This document shows, piece after piece, positions 32,416 to 42,195 of a stretch of DNA of 64,000 bases. The position numbers and the translations under genes were made by a program. The DNA comes from Actinomycetes bacterium (lineage in GTDB: Bacteria; Actinomycetota; Actinomycetes; S36-B12). The notes under the pieces were generated by a model. The model was given only the letters and a program-made list of their open reading frames with translations. It did not search any database and was not told the origin of the DNA. The stretch is taken from positions 2,221,368 through 2,285,367 of the forward strand of contig OZ257127.1 of the NCBI GenBank assembly GCA_965278965.1, read 5' to 3'. The stretch's first letter is position 1, and each line of letters starts with the position of its first letter.

Positions 32416-34092
32416 ATGGGTGTTCAACGTCGAAGCACCGCAATCGTGGGCGTAGCGGCGGCAGCCTTGGTCTCGACGGGTCTGGCGGTCGTGGGCGCCG
32501 CGCCTCCAGCGCTGGCACGAGGCGAGAGCTCGCTGGTGTCGGTCGGAGAGTCCTTCAAGGGCGGCTACTGGGCCATCACGGTGGTCGGCGACCGGGTGTG
32601 GATGACGGCGACGGATTCCCGCGCCCTCGTCAGCGTGACGATGCGCAACGAGGCGCAGGTCTACCGGCTGCCTGACTCGTTCCCCGCCGGGCCGTCGTTG
32701 GGAATCACCGCAGGCCCGGGCGGGCGGGTCTCCTTCACCGAGACCGACAACGCGGCGGTGTCATCGGTGGACGCGAACGGCGGCGATGCGAAGCGACGGA
32801 CGATCCTGAAGGGATCCAAGCCGTCCTCGATCGCGACCGCTGCCGACGGTGCCCTCTGGTACACGGTCGGCTCTCCTGACCGGATCTCCCGGCTGGCGCA
32901 GGACGGCAAGGTCTCCGACTTCTTCGTCGGGGACAAGGTCGGTCCGGTGGGCATCTCGTCGAACGGGACCCGGGGGATGGTGTTCGCCGCGCACGACCGC
33001 AAGGCCCTGGGCCTGGTCGATCCGGCCGGGAAGATCGAGCTCGTTCCGCTCCCGTCTCCGGGCGGCGACCCGACCGACACGGCCGTCGGGGCGGACGGCA
33101 CCGTCTGGGTGACGCGCGACAGCAAGGACGTGGTCCGGGTCAGCCCCACCGGCGCACCCACGGTGTTCGCGACCAAGAGCGCCCCGACGGCCGTGGCGGT
33201 CGCGGCCGACGGGTCGGCCTGGTGGGTGAGTTCGAGCGCCGCGGTGATCGGCCGTATCGGCCCGGACGGCTCGAACGAGGAGTTCCCCCTCTCGGTGACC
33301 GGTCGGGACCTGGTCGCAGGACCGGACGGCAATCTCTGGGTGGCGACGCCCGTCGGCGGCGTCGCGTTCGTCGTGGACAGCGGGCTGGCGCTGCAGTCGA
33401 CAAAGGCACCGGCGGTGTTGGTGCCCGGCGGGTCGTCGTTGGGGACAGGGACGGTGCTGACCTCGACCGATGGGTCGTGGAACTTCGTGCCCCACGGTCT
33501 GAAGAGGCAGTGGGAGCGGTGCAGCACCGCAGACGCCGGCGGGTGCGCGGACATCGCGGGCGCGACCGGGGAGACGTACACGGTGACCGACGCAGACCTG
33601 GGCGCGTACGTCCGGGTGCGTGTGATGGCCTTCAACGACTCGCGCGCGACGCGAGTGCCGGCCGTGAGCGTGGCGGTGGCGGTCGCGGCCACACCGGGCC
33701 AACCGACTACCCCCACGCAGCCGACCGGCCCAGCTCCCGTCGCGGGGGCCGTCACGGTCGCGCTCACCCCCGGCATCGTGGCGAAGGCGACCTCGCCGTC
33801 GACCATCAGGCGAGGGACGAAGCGCACGTACGCGGTCACGTTCACCAGCCCGAAGCCTCGTGGCACGGTCCGGATCTCGTTGGTCGACGCCGCCGGCACG
33901 GAGGTGCGCGTCCTCGCCCCCGCGACGGCGGTCACGGGCACGAAGCGGGCTGCGTACGCGCGGAAGAAGGCCCGCATTCCGAAGGCTGTCCCCAAGGGCG
34001 CCTACACCCTCGTCTTCGTCTACACCCCGACCGCGAAGCAGGCGGCCACCTATCCGGTCGCCACTCTCACCCGGGGCGTCACGCTGCGCTGA
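32416..34092 (+). CDS. Secreted Vgb-like beta-propeller protein with C-terminal Ig-like domains
   Basis: Signal peptide; repeats ITAGPGGRV, IATAADGALW, AVGADGTVW, LVAGPDGNLW; C-terminal GSW...QWERC...IAGATGETYTVTDADLGAYVRVRV. Confidence 0.7.
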   Translation: MGVQRRSTAIVGVAAAALVSTGLAVVGAAPPALARGESSLVSVGESFKGGYWAITVVGDRVWMTATDSRALVSVTMRNEAQVYRLPDSFPAGPSLGITAGPGGRVSFTETDNAAVSSVDANGGDAKRRTILKGSKPSSIATAADGALWYTVGSPDRISRLAQDGKVSDFFVGDKVGPVGISSNGTRGMVFAAHDRKALGLVDPAGKIELVPLPSPGGDPTDTAVGADGTVWVTRDSKDVVRVSPTGAPTVFATKSAPTAVAVAADGSAWWVSSSAAVIGRIGPDGSNEEFPLSVTGRDLVAGPDGNLWVATPVGGVAFVVDSGLALQSTKAPAVLVPGGSSLGTGTVLTSTDGSWNFVPHGLKRQWERCSTADAGGCADIAGATGETYTVTDADLGAYVRVRVMAFNDSRATRVPAVSVAVAVAATPGQPTTPTQPTGPAPVAGAVTVALTPGIVAKATSPSTIRRGTKRTYAVTFTSPKPRGTVRISLVDAAGTEVRVLAPATAVTGTKRAAYARKKARIPKAVPKGAYTLVFVYTPTAKQAATYPVATLTRGVTLR

Positions 34093-34156
34093 TCCCCGAG
34101 CCGCGGGCCGTCACCGTTCGCCGGGAGGAAACCTGGCGCCGGTAGGGTCTGCGCTC

Positions 34157-35824
34157 GTGCCCGCCCCGCTCCGAACCTGGCAGCGCGACGCGCTGGAGCG
34201 GTACGCGGCGACGGACCCCGAGGACTTCCTCGTCAGCGCGACCCCCGGAGCCGGCAAGACCACGTTCGCCCTCACGCTCGCCCAGCAGCTGCGCGATCGG
34301 CGGCAGATCTCCCGCGTGGTCGTAGTCGTGCCGACCGACCACCTGCGTACGCAGTGGGCTGACGCAGCTGCGGCCGCAGGGCTCTCACTGGACCCGAAGC
34401 TCACCAATGCGGCCGGACCGCTGCGTCCCGGCTTCGACGGCTACGTGACGACGTACGCCCAGGTCGCGTCGCACCCGATGCTGCACCGTGCGCGGACGGA
34501 GAACGCTCGGACGCTCGTCGTCCTCGACGAGGTCCACCACGCCGGTGACGGCCTGTCGTGGGGTGCCGCCGTCACGGAGGCGTTCTCGCCGGCGCGGCGG
34601 CGGCTGTGCCTGACGGGCACGCCGTTCCGGACCAAGGCCGACGAACGGATCCCGTTCGTCCGGTACGAGGAGTCCGACGACGGCCTGGTCTCGGCGGCCG
34701 ACTTCGCCTACGGCTACGCCCACGCGCTCGGCGACGGCGTCGTGCGGCCGGTCGTCTTCGCCGCGTACTCCGGGACGAGTCGCTGGCTGGACTCCGCCGG
34801 GCAGGTGCTCAGCGCGTCGCTCGCGGAGGCTGGCACCAAGGCGCTGGAGGAGGCGGCCTGGCGGACGGCGCTCGACCCCGCCGGCCAGTGGGTCCCGCAT
34901 GTCGTGGCTGCAGCCGACGCGCGCCTCACCGACCTGCGGGAGTCGGGGTCACCCGACGCCGGCGGCCTCATGCTGGCGACCGACCAGGAGACGGCCCGGG
35001 CGTACGCCAAGCTCGTGCGGCGTGTGACCGGGCACACCCCGGTCCTCGTCCTGTCGGACGACCCGCGGTCGGGCCGGAAGATCGATGCGTTCAGATCCGG
35101 TGACCAGCGCTGGCTCGTGGCGGTGCGGCAGGTCTCCGAGGGCGTCGACATTGCCCGGCTCGCGGTCGCCATCTGGGCCTGCTCGTACCGGACCCCGTTG
35201 TTCTTCGCGCAGGCCGTCGGCCGCGTCGTCCGCGCCAGGGGTCCGCACGAGACGGCGACGGTGTTCCTCCCGGCCGTGCGCCCCCTGCTCGCTCTCGCGG
35301 CTGCGATGGAGGAGGAGCGCAGCCACGCCGTCCGGATCGTGTCCGGGCCGGAGGGTGGTCTCGACGAGATCGTCGTCGAGCGCGTGGCGAGCGAGCCGGG
35401 GAGCACGATCACCGCGCTTGACGCGGATGCGGAGTTCGCCCACCTCCTGCACGCCGGTCGCGCGTTCGTCGGCGGCGCCGAGCTGTCGGACGCGGACGAG
35501 GACTACGTCGGCCTGCCCGGCCTGCTCAGCCCTGAGCAGACAGCCGCGCTGCTGGCCACCCGCGACGCTCGGCTGCGCCAGCAGCGCCCCGCATCGCTGT
35601 TCGACGAGCTCGAGGCCGCGACCGCGGAGCCGACCTGGCGCGACGAGGAAGGGCTGCGCCGGGAGGTCCAGGCACTCGTCGGGCAGCTAGCCGGGCGCAC
35701 CCAGCGCCCGCATGCCCAGGTGCACGCCGAGCTCCGCAAGGCCGTACCGGGACCGCCGTCGGGTTCCGCGCCGTACGACACGCTGGTCGCCCGCCGCGAC
35801 TGGCTCCTCGGCCGCGTCGGCTAG
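34157..35824 (+). CDS. SF2 DEAD/DEAH-box helicase (type III restriction Res-like, actinobacterial family)
   Basis: LRTWQ Q-motif, ATPGAGKT, DEVHH, LTGTPFR, VSEGVDI, QAVGRVVR. Start moved to GTG 34157. Confidence 0.88.
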   Translation: MPAPLRTWQRDALERYAATDPEDFLVSATPGAGKTTFALTLAQQLRDRRQISRVVVVVPTDHLRTQWADAAAAAGLSLDPKLTNAAGPLRPGFDGYVTTYAQVASHPMLHRARTENARTLVVLDEVHHAGDGLSWGAAVTEAFSPARRRLCLTGTPFRTKADERIPFVRYEESDDGLVSAADFAYGYAHALGDGVVRPVVFAAYSGTSRWLDSAGQVLSASLAEAGTKALEEAAWRTALDPAGQWVPHVVAAADARLTDLRESGSPDAGGLMLATDQETARAYAKLVRRVTGHTPVLVLSDDPRSGRKIDAFRSGDQRWLVAVRQVSEGVDIARLAVAIWACSYRTPLFFAQAVGRVVRARGPHETATVFLPAVRPLLALAAAMEEERSHAVRIVSGPEGGLDEIVVERVASEPGSTITALDADAEFAHLLHAGRAFVGGAELSDADEDYVGLPGLLSPEQTAALLATRDARLRQQRPASLFDELEAATAEPTWRDEEGLRREVQALVGQLAGRTQRPHAQVHAELRKAVPGPPSGSAPYDTLVARRDWLLGRVG

Positions 35825-35826
35825 CA

Positions 35827-35897
35827 CCGCCGACGCGCCTCGAATGGTCGCTATCCGTCCGATTCGCCCGGTTATAACGACCATCCCAGGCGCGTCG
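35827..35897. repeat. 71-nt imperfect palindrome, REP-like family A, copy 2 (inverted)
   Basis: Reverse complement matches 4836-4906 at 23/24 and 25/27 in the arms; the 20-nt spacers match at only 6/20. Confidence 0.85.
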
Positions 35898-35957
35898 CGG
35901 GTGGGGGGCCGCGTGCGGGCGCGCGGGGCACGGTCCGTGGGCCGGTACCCTGTCCCT

Positions 35958-37511
35958 GTGCCTCGCGGAGATGGACTGCTCTCGCACGATCTGCTCCCCG
36001 GCGAGAAGGGTCCGCAGGATGCCTGCGGGGTCTTCGGTGTCTGGGCCCCTGGCGACGAGGTCGCCAAGCTCACCTACTTCGGCCTGTACGCCCTGCAGCA
36101 CCGTGGGCAGGAGTCGGCCGGCATCGCCGTCAGTGACGGCGCGCACATCGTCGTCTACAAGGACATGGGCCTGGTGTCCCAGGTCTTCACCGAGGCCAGC
36201 CTGGAGTCGTTGCGCGGCCACGTCGCCATCGGGCACACCCGCTACTCGACCTCGGGGTCGAGCATCTGGGAGAACGCCCAGCCGACCTTCCGGGCCACCG
36301 CAACCGGGCATCTCGCCCTGGGCCACAACGGCAACCTGACCAACACCCACGAGCTGCGATCGCGTCTGGCGAGCCTGTCCGAGGACTCCGGCGAGCTCCC
36401 CTTCGGCGGCAGCACGCACGCGACCAGCGACACCGACACCGTCACCGCACTCCTCGCCGCGCACCCGGACCTGTCGGTCGAGGCAGCGGCCATGACCGAG
36501 CTGCCGCACCTGCGCGGCGCGTTCTCGTTGGTATTCATGGACGACGACGCGCTGTACGGGGCGCGCGACCCGCAGGGGATCCGGCCGCTGGTCCTGGGCC
36601 GGCTCGAGCGCGGCTGGGTGATCGCCAGCGAGTCGGCCGCCCTCGACATCGTCGGCGCCTCGTACGTCCGCGAGGTCGAGCCGGGCGAGCTCATCGTCAT
36701 CGACGCGAACGGCCTGCGCTCTCACCGGTTCGCCGAGCCCGCGCCCAAGGGCTGCCTGTTCGAGTTCGTGTACCTCGCGCGGCCCGACACGTCGATCAGC
36801 GGCCGCAGCGTCCAGGCCGTCCGGGTCGAGACCGGCCGCCGGCTGGCCCGCGAGCACCCCGTCGACGCCGACCTCGTCATCCCGGTGCCGGAGTCCGGTC
36901 GCTATGCGGCGATCGGCTACGCCCAGGAGTCCGGCATCGACTTCGCCGAGGGCCTCGTCAAGAACGCCTATGTCGGCCGCACCTTCATCCAGCCCTCGCA
37001 GACGATCCGCCAGCTCGGCATCCGTCTCAAGCTCAACCCGCTGCGCGAGGTGATCTCCGGCCAGCGTCTCGTCGTCGTCGACGACTCGATCGTCCGCGGC
37101 AACACCCAGCGCGCGCTCGTGCGGATGCTGCGGGAGGCCGGCGCTCTCGAGGTGCACGTCCGCATCTCGAGCCCGCCGGTCACGTGGCCGTGCTTCTACG
37201 GCATCGACTTCGCCAGCCGCGCGGAGCTCATCGCCAACGGGCTCACCGTCGACCAGATCTGCACCTCGATCGGCGCCGACTCTTTGGCCTTCGTCGATCT
37301 CGACCAGCTCGTCGAGGCGACCACGGTGCCGAAGGACAACCTGTGCCGGGCCTGCTTCGACGGGGTCTACCCGGTCGCCCTGCCCGAGCCTGAGCTGCTC
37401 GGCAAGCACGTGCTGGAGAGCATCGAGCGTCGGGTCGTCGAGTCGACCGACGCCGACGGTGTCCCGACCTTCGCCGGGTCCGGCGCGATCGACGCGCTGA
37501 GCCGCCCGTGA
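35958..37511 (+). CDS. purF: Amidophosphoribosyltransferase
   Basis: PQDACGVFG (N-terminal Cys after propeptide), LQHRGQESAG, GHTRYST, HNGNL, VVDDSIVRGNT. Start moved to GTG 35958. Confidence 0.97.
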   Translation: MPRGDGLLSHDLLPGEKGPQDACGVFGVWAPGDEVAKLTYFGLYALQHRGQESAGIAVSDGAHIVVYKDMGLVSQVFTEASLESLRGHVAIGHTRYSTSGSSIWENAQPTFRATATGHLALGHNGNLTNTHELRSRLASLSEDSGELPFGGSTHATSDTDTVTALLAAHPDLSVEAAAMTELPHLRGAFSLVFMDDDALYGARDPQGIRPLVLGRLERGWVIASESAALDIVGASYVREVEPGELIVIDANGLRSHRFAEPAPKGCLFEFVYLARPDTSISGRSVQAVRVETGRRLAREHPVDADLVIPVPESGRYAAIGYAQESGIDFAEGLVKNAYVGRTFIQPSQTIRQLGIRLKLNPLREVISGQRLVVVDDSIVRGNTQRALVRMLREAGALEVHVRISSPPVTWPCFYGIDFASRAELIANGLTVDQICTSIGADSLAFVDLDQLVEATTVPKDNLCRACFDGVYPVALPEPELLGKHVLESIERRVVESTDADGVPTFAGSGAIDALSRP

Positions 37512-38647
37512 GCGTCGACCGGCCTCCCCTGGTCGGGTCCGTCGCCGGTCCCAGCCGTCCGGGTTCGTACGCGGCCGCCGGCGTCGACGTCGAGGCTGGC
37601 GAGCGGGCCGTGGAACTCATGCGGGCGTCCATCGCGCGAGCCCAGCGGCCCGAGGTCGTCGGCGGCTTCGGCGGGTTCGCCGGGCTCTTCGACGCGTCCG
37701 CGCTCCGGGGCTATCGTCGGCCCCTCCTCGCGACGTCGACGGACGGCGTCGGGACCAAGGTCGCCGTCGCGCAGCGGATGAACGTGCACCACACGATCGG
37801 CATCGACCTCGTGGCGATGGTCGTCGACGACCTCGTCGTGTGCGGGGCGGAGCCGCTGTTCCTCACCGACTACATCGCGACCGGCGCCGTCGTGCCGGAG
37901 CGGATCGCGGCGATCGTGAGTGGGATCGCGGAGGGTTGCCGCCTCGCGGGGTGCGCGCTCGTCGGTGGCGAGACCGCTGAGCACCCCGGCCTCCTCGCGC
38001 CCGACGAGTACGACGTGGCGGGCGCCGGGACCGGCGTCGTGGAGGCCGACGAGCTGCTCGGCGCCGACCGGGTGCGCGATGGGGACGTCGCGATCGCGAT
38101 GGCCGCGAGCGGCCTGCACTCCAACGGCTACTCCCTCGCCCGATACGCGCTCCTCACCCAGGCCGGGCTCGGCCTCGACCTCTACGTCGACGCACTGGGC
38201 CGGACCCTCGGCGAGGAGCTGCTCGAGCCGACCCGGATCTATGCCCTCGACGTCCTGGACCTCGCACGGGCCGACGACGTCGCTGTGCACGCGGTCTCGC
38301 ACGTGACCGGCGGTGGGCTCGCCGCGAACATTGCACGCGTGCTCCCGGCGCACCTGGCTCTCGACGTCGACCGGGGGACGTGGACGCCACCGGCGATCTT
38401 CGGGCTGGTGGCGTCGGTCGGAGCTGTCCCTGCGGCTGAGATGGAGCGCACGTTCAACCAGGGCGTCGGGATGGTCGCCATCGTCGATGCGTCCGACGCG
38501 GACGCAGCGCTCGCCCGTCTCAGGGACCGCGGCGTACCGGCGTGGGTCGCGGGCACCGTGCGGGCTCGCCGCGACGGGGAGAGCGGCGACTCACCGGCCA
38601 AGGGCGGCGGCGGGGGAGCGGTCACGCTCGTCGGCCGGCACAGCTAG
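37508..38647 (+). CDS. purM: AIR synthase
   Basis: YAAAGVDVEAG, STDGVGTK, GGETAEHPG, SGLHSNGYSL, HVTGGG, RTFNQGVGM. Confidence 0.97.
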   Translation: MSVDRPPLVGSVAGPSRPGSYAAAGVDVEAGERAVELMRASIARAQRPEVVGGFGGFAGLFDASALRGYRRPLLATSTDGVGTKVAVAQRMNVHHTIGIDLVAMVVDDLVVCGAEPLFLTDYIATGAVVPERIAAIVSGIAEGCRLAGCALVGGETAEHPGLLAPDEYDVAGAGTGVVEADELLGADRVRDGDVAIAMAASGLHSNGYSLARYALLTQAGLGLDLYVDALGRTLGEELLEPTRIYALDVLDLARADDVAVHAVSHVTGGGLAANIARVLPAHLALDVDRGTWTPPAIFGLVASVGAVPAAEMERTFNQGVGMVAIVDASDADAALARLRDRGVPAWVAGTVRARRDGESGDSPAKGGGGGAVTLVGRHS

Positions 38648-38664
38648 GCGCACGGCCCGCCGCT

Positions 38665-38898
38665 CTACCGCGCGACGGGCTCGTCGTCCTCGTCGACGTA
38701 GTACTTCGCGTACGGATCGTCCTCGTCGTCTTCCTCATCGAGGTCGTCGTCCTCATCGAGCGCCTCGACCGTGGCCGACGGCACCTCACCCGGACTGCCC
38801 AGCTCTGCCTGCAGACGGTCGAAGTCGGTCTGCGGACCGCCGTACTTCAACGCGCGGGCGACCTTCGTCTGCTTGGCCTTCGCACGGCCGCGCCCCAT
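38665..38898 (-). CDS. DUF3073 family protein
   Basis: MGRGRAKAKQTKVARALKY with acidic tail; convergent with purM. Confidence 0.9.
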   Translation of the reverse strand: MGRGRAKAKQTKVARALKYGGPQTDFDRLQAELGSPGEVPSATVEALDEDDDLDEEDDEDDPYAKYYVDEDDEPVAR

Positions 38899-39021
38899 GG
38901 CTCGACCCCCTCATCCGGACTGGCATCCCGGCTCTACGTGGACACAGCGCGCTGAGCCATCGCGGGAACGACCAGCGCGGTTACGAAACCATAGAGTACC
39001 CGCTCGCGGGCCGTGCACCCT

Positions 39022-40107
39022 TCAGCGGTGCTCCCGGGCGTGCGCGATCCGCTCGTCCACGAGGGCGGTCGCGGCCGCCAGCGGCGTCCGGCCCGAGCTG
39101 GCAGCACGTTCGAGGACCAGCTCCGTCGTGTCATACACGGCCATCGTGCGGCCGCGGGCCCGGTCCAGATCGCCGCCGACGAGCTCCTCGGCCACCTGGA
39201 TGACTCCGCCACAGTTCACCAGGAAGTCCGGGGCGTACAGCACGCCGCGGGCCGCCAGCGTGTCGGCGACCTCATCGGCGGCCAGCTGGTTGTTGGCGCC
39301 TCCGCACACGATCGGCACGTCGAGGTGCGCGGCGAGCGCCGGGGTCAGCAGGCCGCCGAGGGCGTTCGGGGAGAGCACGTCCGGCCGCCGCGCCAGCAGG
39401 GACTCCAGCGAGTCGACGACGTCGACGGCCGGTCCCAGGTCGCGCACGCGGTCGCGTGCTGCGGGCGCGGGCTCGACGACCACCACCTGCGCTCCGGCGT
39501 CCACGAGGTGGCCGCAGAGCCGGGCGCCGACTTTGCCGGTGCCCACGACCCCGACCACCCGCCCCTCGAGGTCGTCGGACCCGAACACGCGGGCGGCGCA
39601 CGCCTGCATGCCGCGGAAGACGCCCAGTGCCGTCAGGATGCCCGAGTCGCCGACGCCCCCGTGCTCCGGCGATCGCCCCGTCGTCCACCGGCACGTCTCC
39701 CCGATGACGTCCATCCCCCGCACCGTCATCCCGACATCCGCCGCGGTCACGTACCGGCCCTGCAGGGAGTCGACGAGCCGGCCGAACGCGCGCAGGACGT
39801 CGTCGTCGGTCCCGTCGGGGTCGCTCACGACCACGGCCTTGCCGCCGCCGTGGGGGAGCCCGGCAAGGGCGTTCTTGTAGGTCATGGCGCGCGAGAGCCG
39901 CAGTGCATCGGCGTAGGCGGCGGCCCCGGGCACGTCCGCGTGGGCGTACGACGAGAGCCGCACGCCGCCGAGAGCCGGACCGAGGACCGTGGAGTGGATC
40001 GCCACGACGAACCGCGTCCCGCTCGCGCTGTCACGGGCGACGAGAACTTCCTCGTGCCCGGCGAACGGCCCCCACGGGTCGGTCGGTCCGGTGCCGTCAA
40101 CGCCCAT
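39022..40107 (-). CDS. Glu/Leu/Phe/Val dehydrogenase (leucine/valine type)
   Basis: IHSTVLGPALGG, MTYKNALAGLPHGGGKAV, YVTAADVG, GTGKVG, GGANNQL, PDFLVNCGG. Confidence 0.9.
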   Translation of the reverse strand: MGVDGTGPTDPWGPFAGHEEVLVARDSASGTRFVVAIHSTVLGPALGGVRLSSYAHADVPGAAAYADALRLSRAMTYKNALAGLPHGGGKAVVVSDPDGTDDDVLRAFGRLVDSLQGRYVTAADVGMTVRGMDVIGETCRWTTGRSPEHGGVGDSGILTALGVFRGMQACAARVFGSDDLEGRVVGVVGTGKVGARLCGHLVDAGAQVVVVEPAPAARDRVRDLGPAVDVVDSLESLLARRPDVLSPNALGGLLTPALAAHLDVPIVCGGANNQLAADEVADTLAARGVLYAPDFLVNCGGVIQVAEELVGGDLDRARGRTMAVYDTTELVLERAASSGRTPLAAATALVDERIAHAREHR

Positions 40108-40318
40108 GGCGGCAGCCTAGGAGCGGTCTCGGCCGCCCGGTCACATTGCTCGGTCCGACCTTCGACGGCCGGTCGAGAGGCGCCAGGGTTACAGGTGGCT
40201 ATGAATCCGCTGTGATTGTCGCCGTAGGGTTTGATCACGGCACAACTTGGTGTAAGAGTGGTCAAACGCGCCGAAACCGGGCGGCTCGGCAAGCGGGGGC
40301 TACGGAGGTCAAAGTCTG

Positions 40319-40540
40319 ATGAGTTCGCACGCAGGCGAGTCGGAGCACCTGCTGACGCCGGCGGAGGTTGCGGCCCTGTTCCGGGTCGACCCCAAGACGG
40401 TCACCCGCTGGGCCAAGGCAGGGAAGCTCACGAGCATCAGGACCCTCGGTGGCCACCGCCGCTACCGCTCGTCCGAGGTGCACGCTCTTCTCGAGGCGAA
40501 CACGCCGACCCGTCGGCTGGACATCCCGGCCGCCGGCTAG
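40319..40540 (+). CDS. bldC: BldC family MerR-like DNA-binding protein
   Basis: LLTPAEVAALFRVDPKTVTRWAKAGKLTSIRTLGGHRRY. Confidence 0.92.
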   Translation: MSSHAGESEHLLTPAEVAALFRVDPKTVTRWAKAGKLTSIRTLGGHRRYRSSEVHALLEANTPTRRLDIPAAG

Positions 40541-40543
40541 TCG

Positions 40544-41317
40544 GTGGCCGAGTTCGTCTACCGGCCCGTCATCGGGGCCGCCAAGACCTTGTTCGCGGCC
40601 CTCGGGCTGAAGGTGGACATGGTCGGCGAGGAGAACGTGCCCCTCACCGGCGGCGCGATCCTGGCGATCAACCACACGAGCTACCTCGACTTCGCGCTCG
40701 GCGGCCTGCCCGCCGACCGGCGTGGCCACCGCCTGGTCCGCTTCATGGCCAAGGACGGGATCTTCCGCCACCCGGTCGCCGGACCCCTCATGCGCGGGAT
40801 GCACCACATCCCGGTCGACCGCGATGCCGGCTCCGCCGCGTTCCGCGACGCCGTCGCAGCGTTGCGTGCAGGCGAGCTCGTCGGCATCTTCCCCGAGGCC
40901 ACGATGAGCCGGTCGCTGGAGATCAAGGAGATCAAGAACGGCGCCGTCCGCATCGCACGCACCGCGAACGTGCCGCTCATCCCGATGATCATCTTCGGCG
41001 GCCACCGGCTCCTGTCGTACGGCCATCGCGACCTGTCCCGGGGCCGGCGGATCGTCATCACGGTCGGCGAGCCGCTGCCGGTGCCGCGGGGCGTCGACCC
41101 CGACGTCACGACCCAGGCGCTGCACGACCGGCTTGCTGAGCTGCTCGACGCGTCGATCGCCCGGTACCCGGACAAGCCGCCCGGTGCCTGGTGGATCCCG
41201 GCGCGCTTCGGCGGAAGCGCACCCACGCCGGAGGAGGCGCTGGCCATCGAGGAGCGCATCCGCGTGGAGAAGGCGGCGAAGTCGCAGGACGCGAAGGGCA
41301 CGCTGGACGCGTCCTAG
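40544..41317 (+). CDS. Lysophospholipid acyltransferase (PlsC-like)
   Basis: NHTSYLD, FMAK, PVDR, IFPEAT. Confidence 0.9.
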   Translation: MAEFVYRPVIGAAKTLFAALGLKVDMVGEENVPLTGGAILAINHTSYLDFALGGLPADRRGHRLVRFMAKDGIFRHPVAGPLMRGMHHIPVDRDAGSAAFRDAVAALRAGELVGIFPEATMSRSLEIKEIKNGAVRIARTANVPLIPMIIFGGHRLLSYGHRDLSRGRRIVITVGEPLPVPRGVDPDVTTQALHDRLAELLDASIARYPDKPPGAWWIPARFGGSAPTPEEALAIEERIRVEKAAKSQDAKGTLDAS

Positions 41318-41350
41318 CCGGCTGTCGTCGTCGGTGACCGACTGCCACGC

Positions 41351-42133
41351 TCAGAGTCTCTCCTGCCCGGCCAGGGTCAGGACGTCGACGCCGTCATCGG
41401 TGATGGCGATGGTGTACTCGCTGTGCGCCGTACGGCAGCCGGTCGCGCTTCGCAGCGTCCAGCCGTCGGCGTCGGTGACGAGCTGCGCGGTGTCGACCAT
41501 GACCCACGGCTCCAGCGCCAGCAGCAGCCCTGGGCGGAGCCGGTAGCCGCGCCCGGGTCGCCCGGTGTTCGGGACGTGCGGGTCCTGGTGCATCGTCGAG
41601 CCGATGCCGTGGCCGCCGAACTCCGTGTTGATCGGGTATCCCGCCTCGTGGAGGACCGAGCCGATGGCGTGCGCGAGGTCCCCGATGCGGGCGTCGGGTC
41701 CGGCCGCGGCGATGCCGGCGCGCAGCGCGCGTTCGGTCGTCGCGATCAGCGCGACGCTCTCTGGCGGGGCGGCGTCGCCCACGATGAAGCTGATGGCCGC
41801 GTCGGCGGCTACGCCGCCTTTGATGACCGCGAGGTCGAGTGACAGCAGGTCGCCGTTCGCCAGGGTGTAGTCGTGCGGCAGCCCGTGGAGCACGGCGTCG
41901 TTGACCGACGTGCAGATGTAGTGGCCGAATGGCCCGCGCCCGAAGGCCGGCGCGTAGTCGACGTAGCAGGACTGCGCCCCGGCTTCGACGATCATGCGAT
42001 GGGCCCACGCGTCGATGTCCAGCAGGTTCGTGCCGACGCAGGTGCGGGCCTTGAGCGTGTGCAGGATGTCGGCGACGAGCGCGCCGGCGTCCTTCGCGTG
42101 CCGCAGCTGGGTGGGGTTCAGGATCTCGATCAT
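41351..42133 (-). CDS. map: Type I methionyl aminopeptidase
   Basis: ICTSVNDAVLHGLP, SLDL, ADAA, GHGIG, HQDP, LEPW, AHSE; all five metal ligands present. Confidence 0.93.
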   Translation of the reverse strand: MIEILNPTQLRHAKDAGALVADILHTLKARTCVGTNLLDIDAWAHRMIVEAGAQSCYVDYAPAFGRGPFGHYICTSVNDAVLHGLPHDYTLANGDLLSLDLAVIKGGVAADAAISFIVGDAAPPESVALIATTERALRAGIAAAGPDARIGDLAHAIGSVLHEAGYPINTEFGGHGIGSTMHQDPHVPNTGRPGRGYRLRPGLLLALEPWVMVDTAQLVTDADGWTLRSATGCRTAHSEYTIAITDDGVDVLTLAGQERL

Positions 42134-42157
42134 GCAGCCTCTTCATCGGCCAATAAG

Positions 42158-42188
42158 TATCCCGGTCATGTTATCCCGGTATTAGAAT
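42158..42188 (+). promoter_or_regulatory. Direct-repeat operator and -10 between map and the XRE gene
   Basis: tatcccggt at 42158 and 42172 (period 14); TAGAAT at 42183, 7 nt before ATG 42196. Confidence 0.55.
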
Positions 42189-42195
42189 CCCAGCC

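Noticed and set aside
32416-33420. Streptogramin B resistance lyase (vgb)
   Set aside because: It has a signal peptide and extra surface domains and no evident catalytic His motif; only the fold-level repeat is shared.
23113-35957. Composite transposon or integrative element
   Set aside because: No transposase, integrase, tRNA or matching terminal repeats; the two edge palindromes are unrelated in sequence.
40211-40246. CRP/GlxR site upstream of bldC (tgtga...tcacg)
   Set aside because: The half-sites are not at the TGTGA-N6-TCACA spacing.
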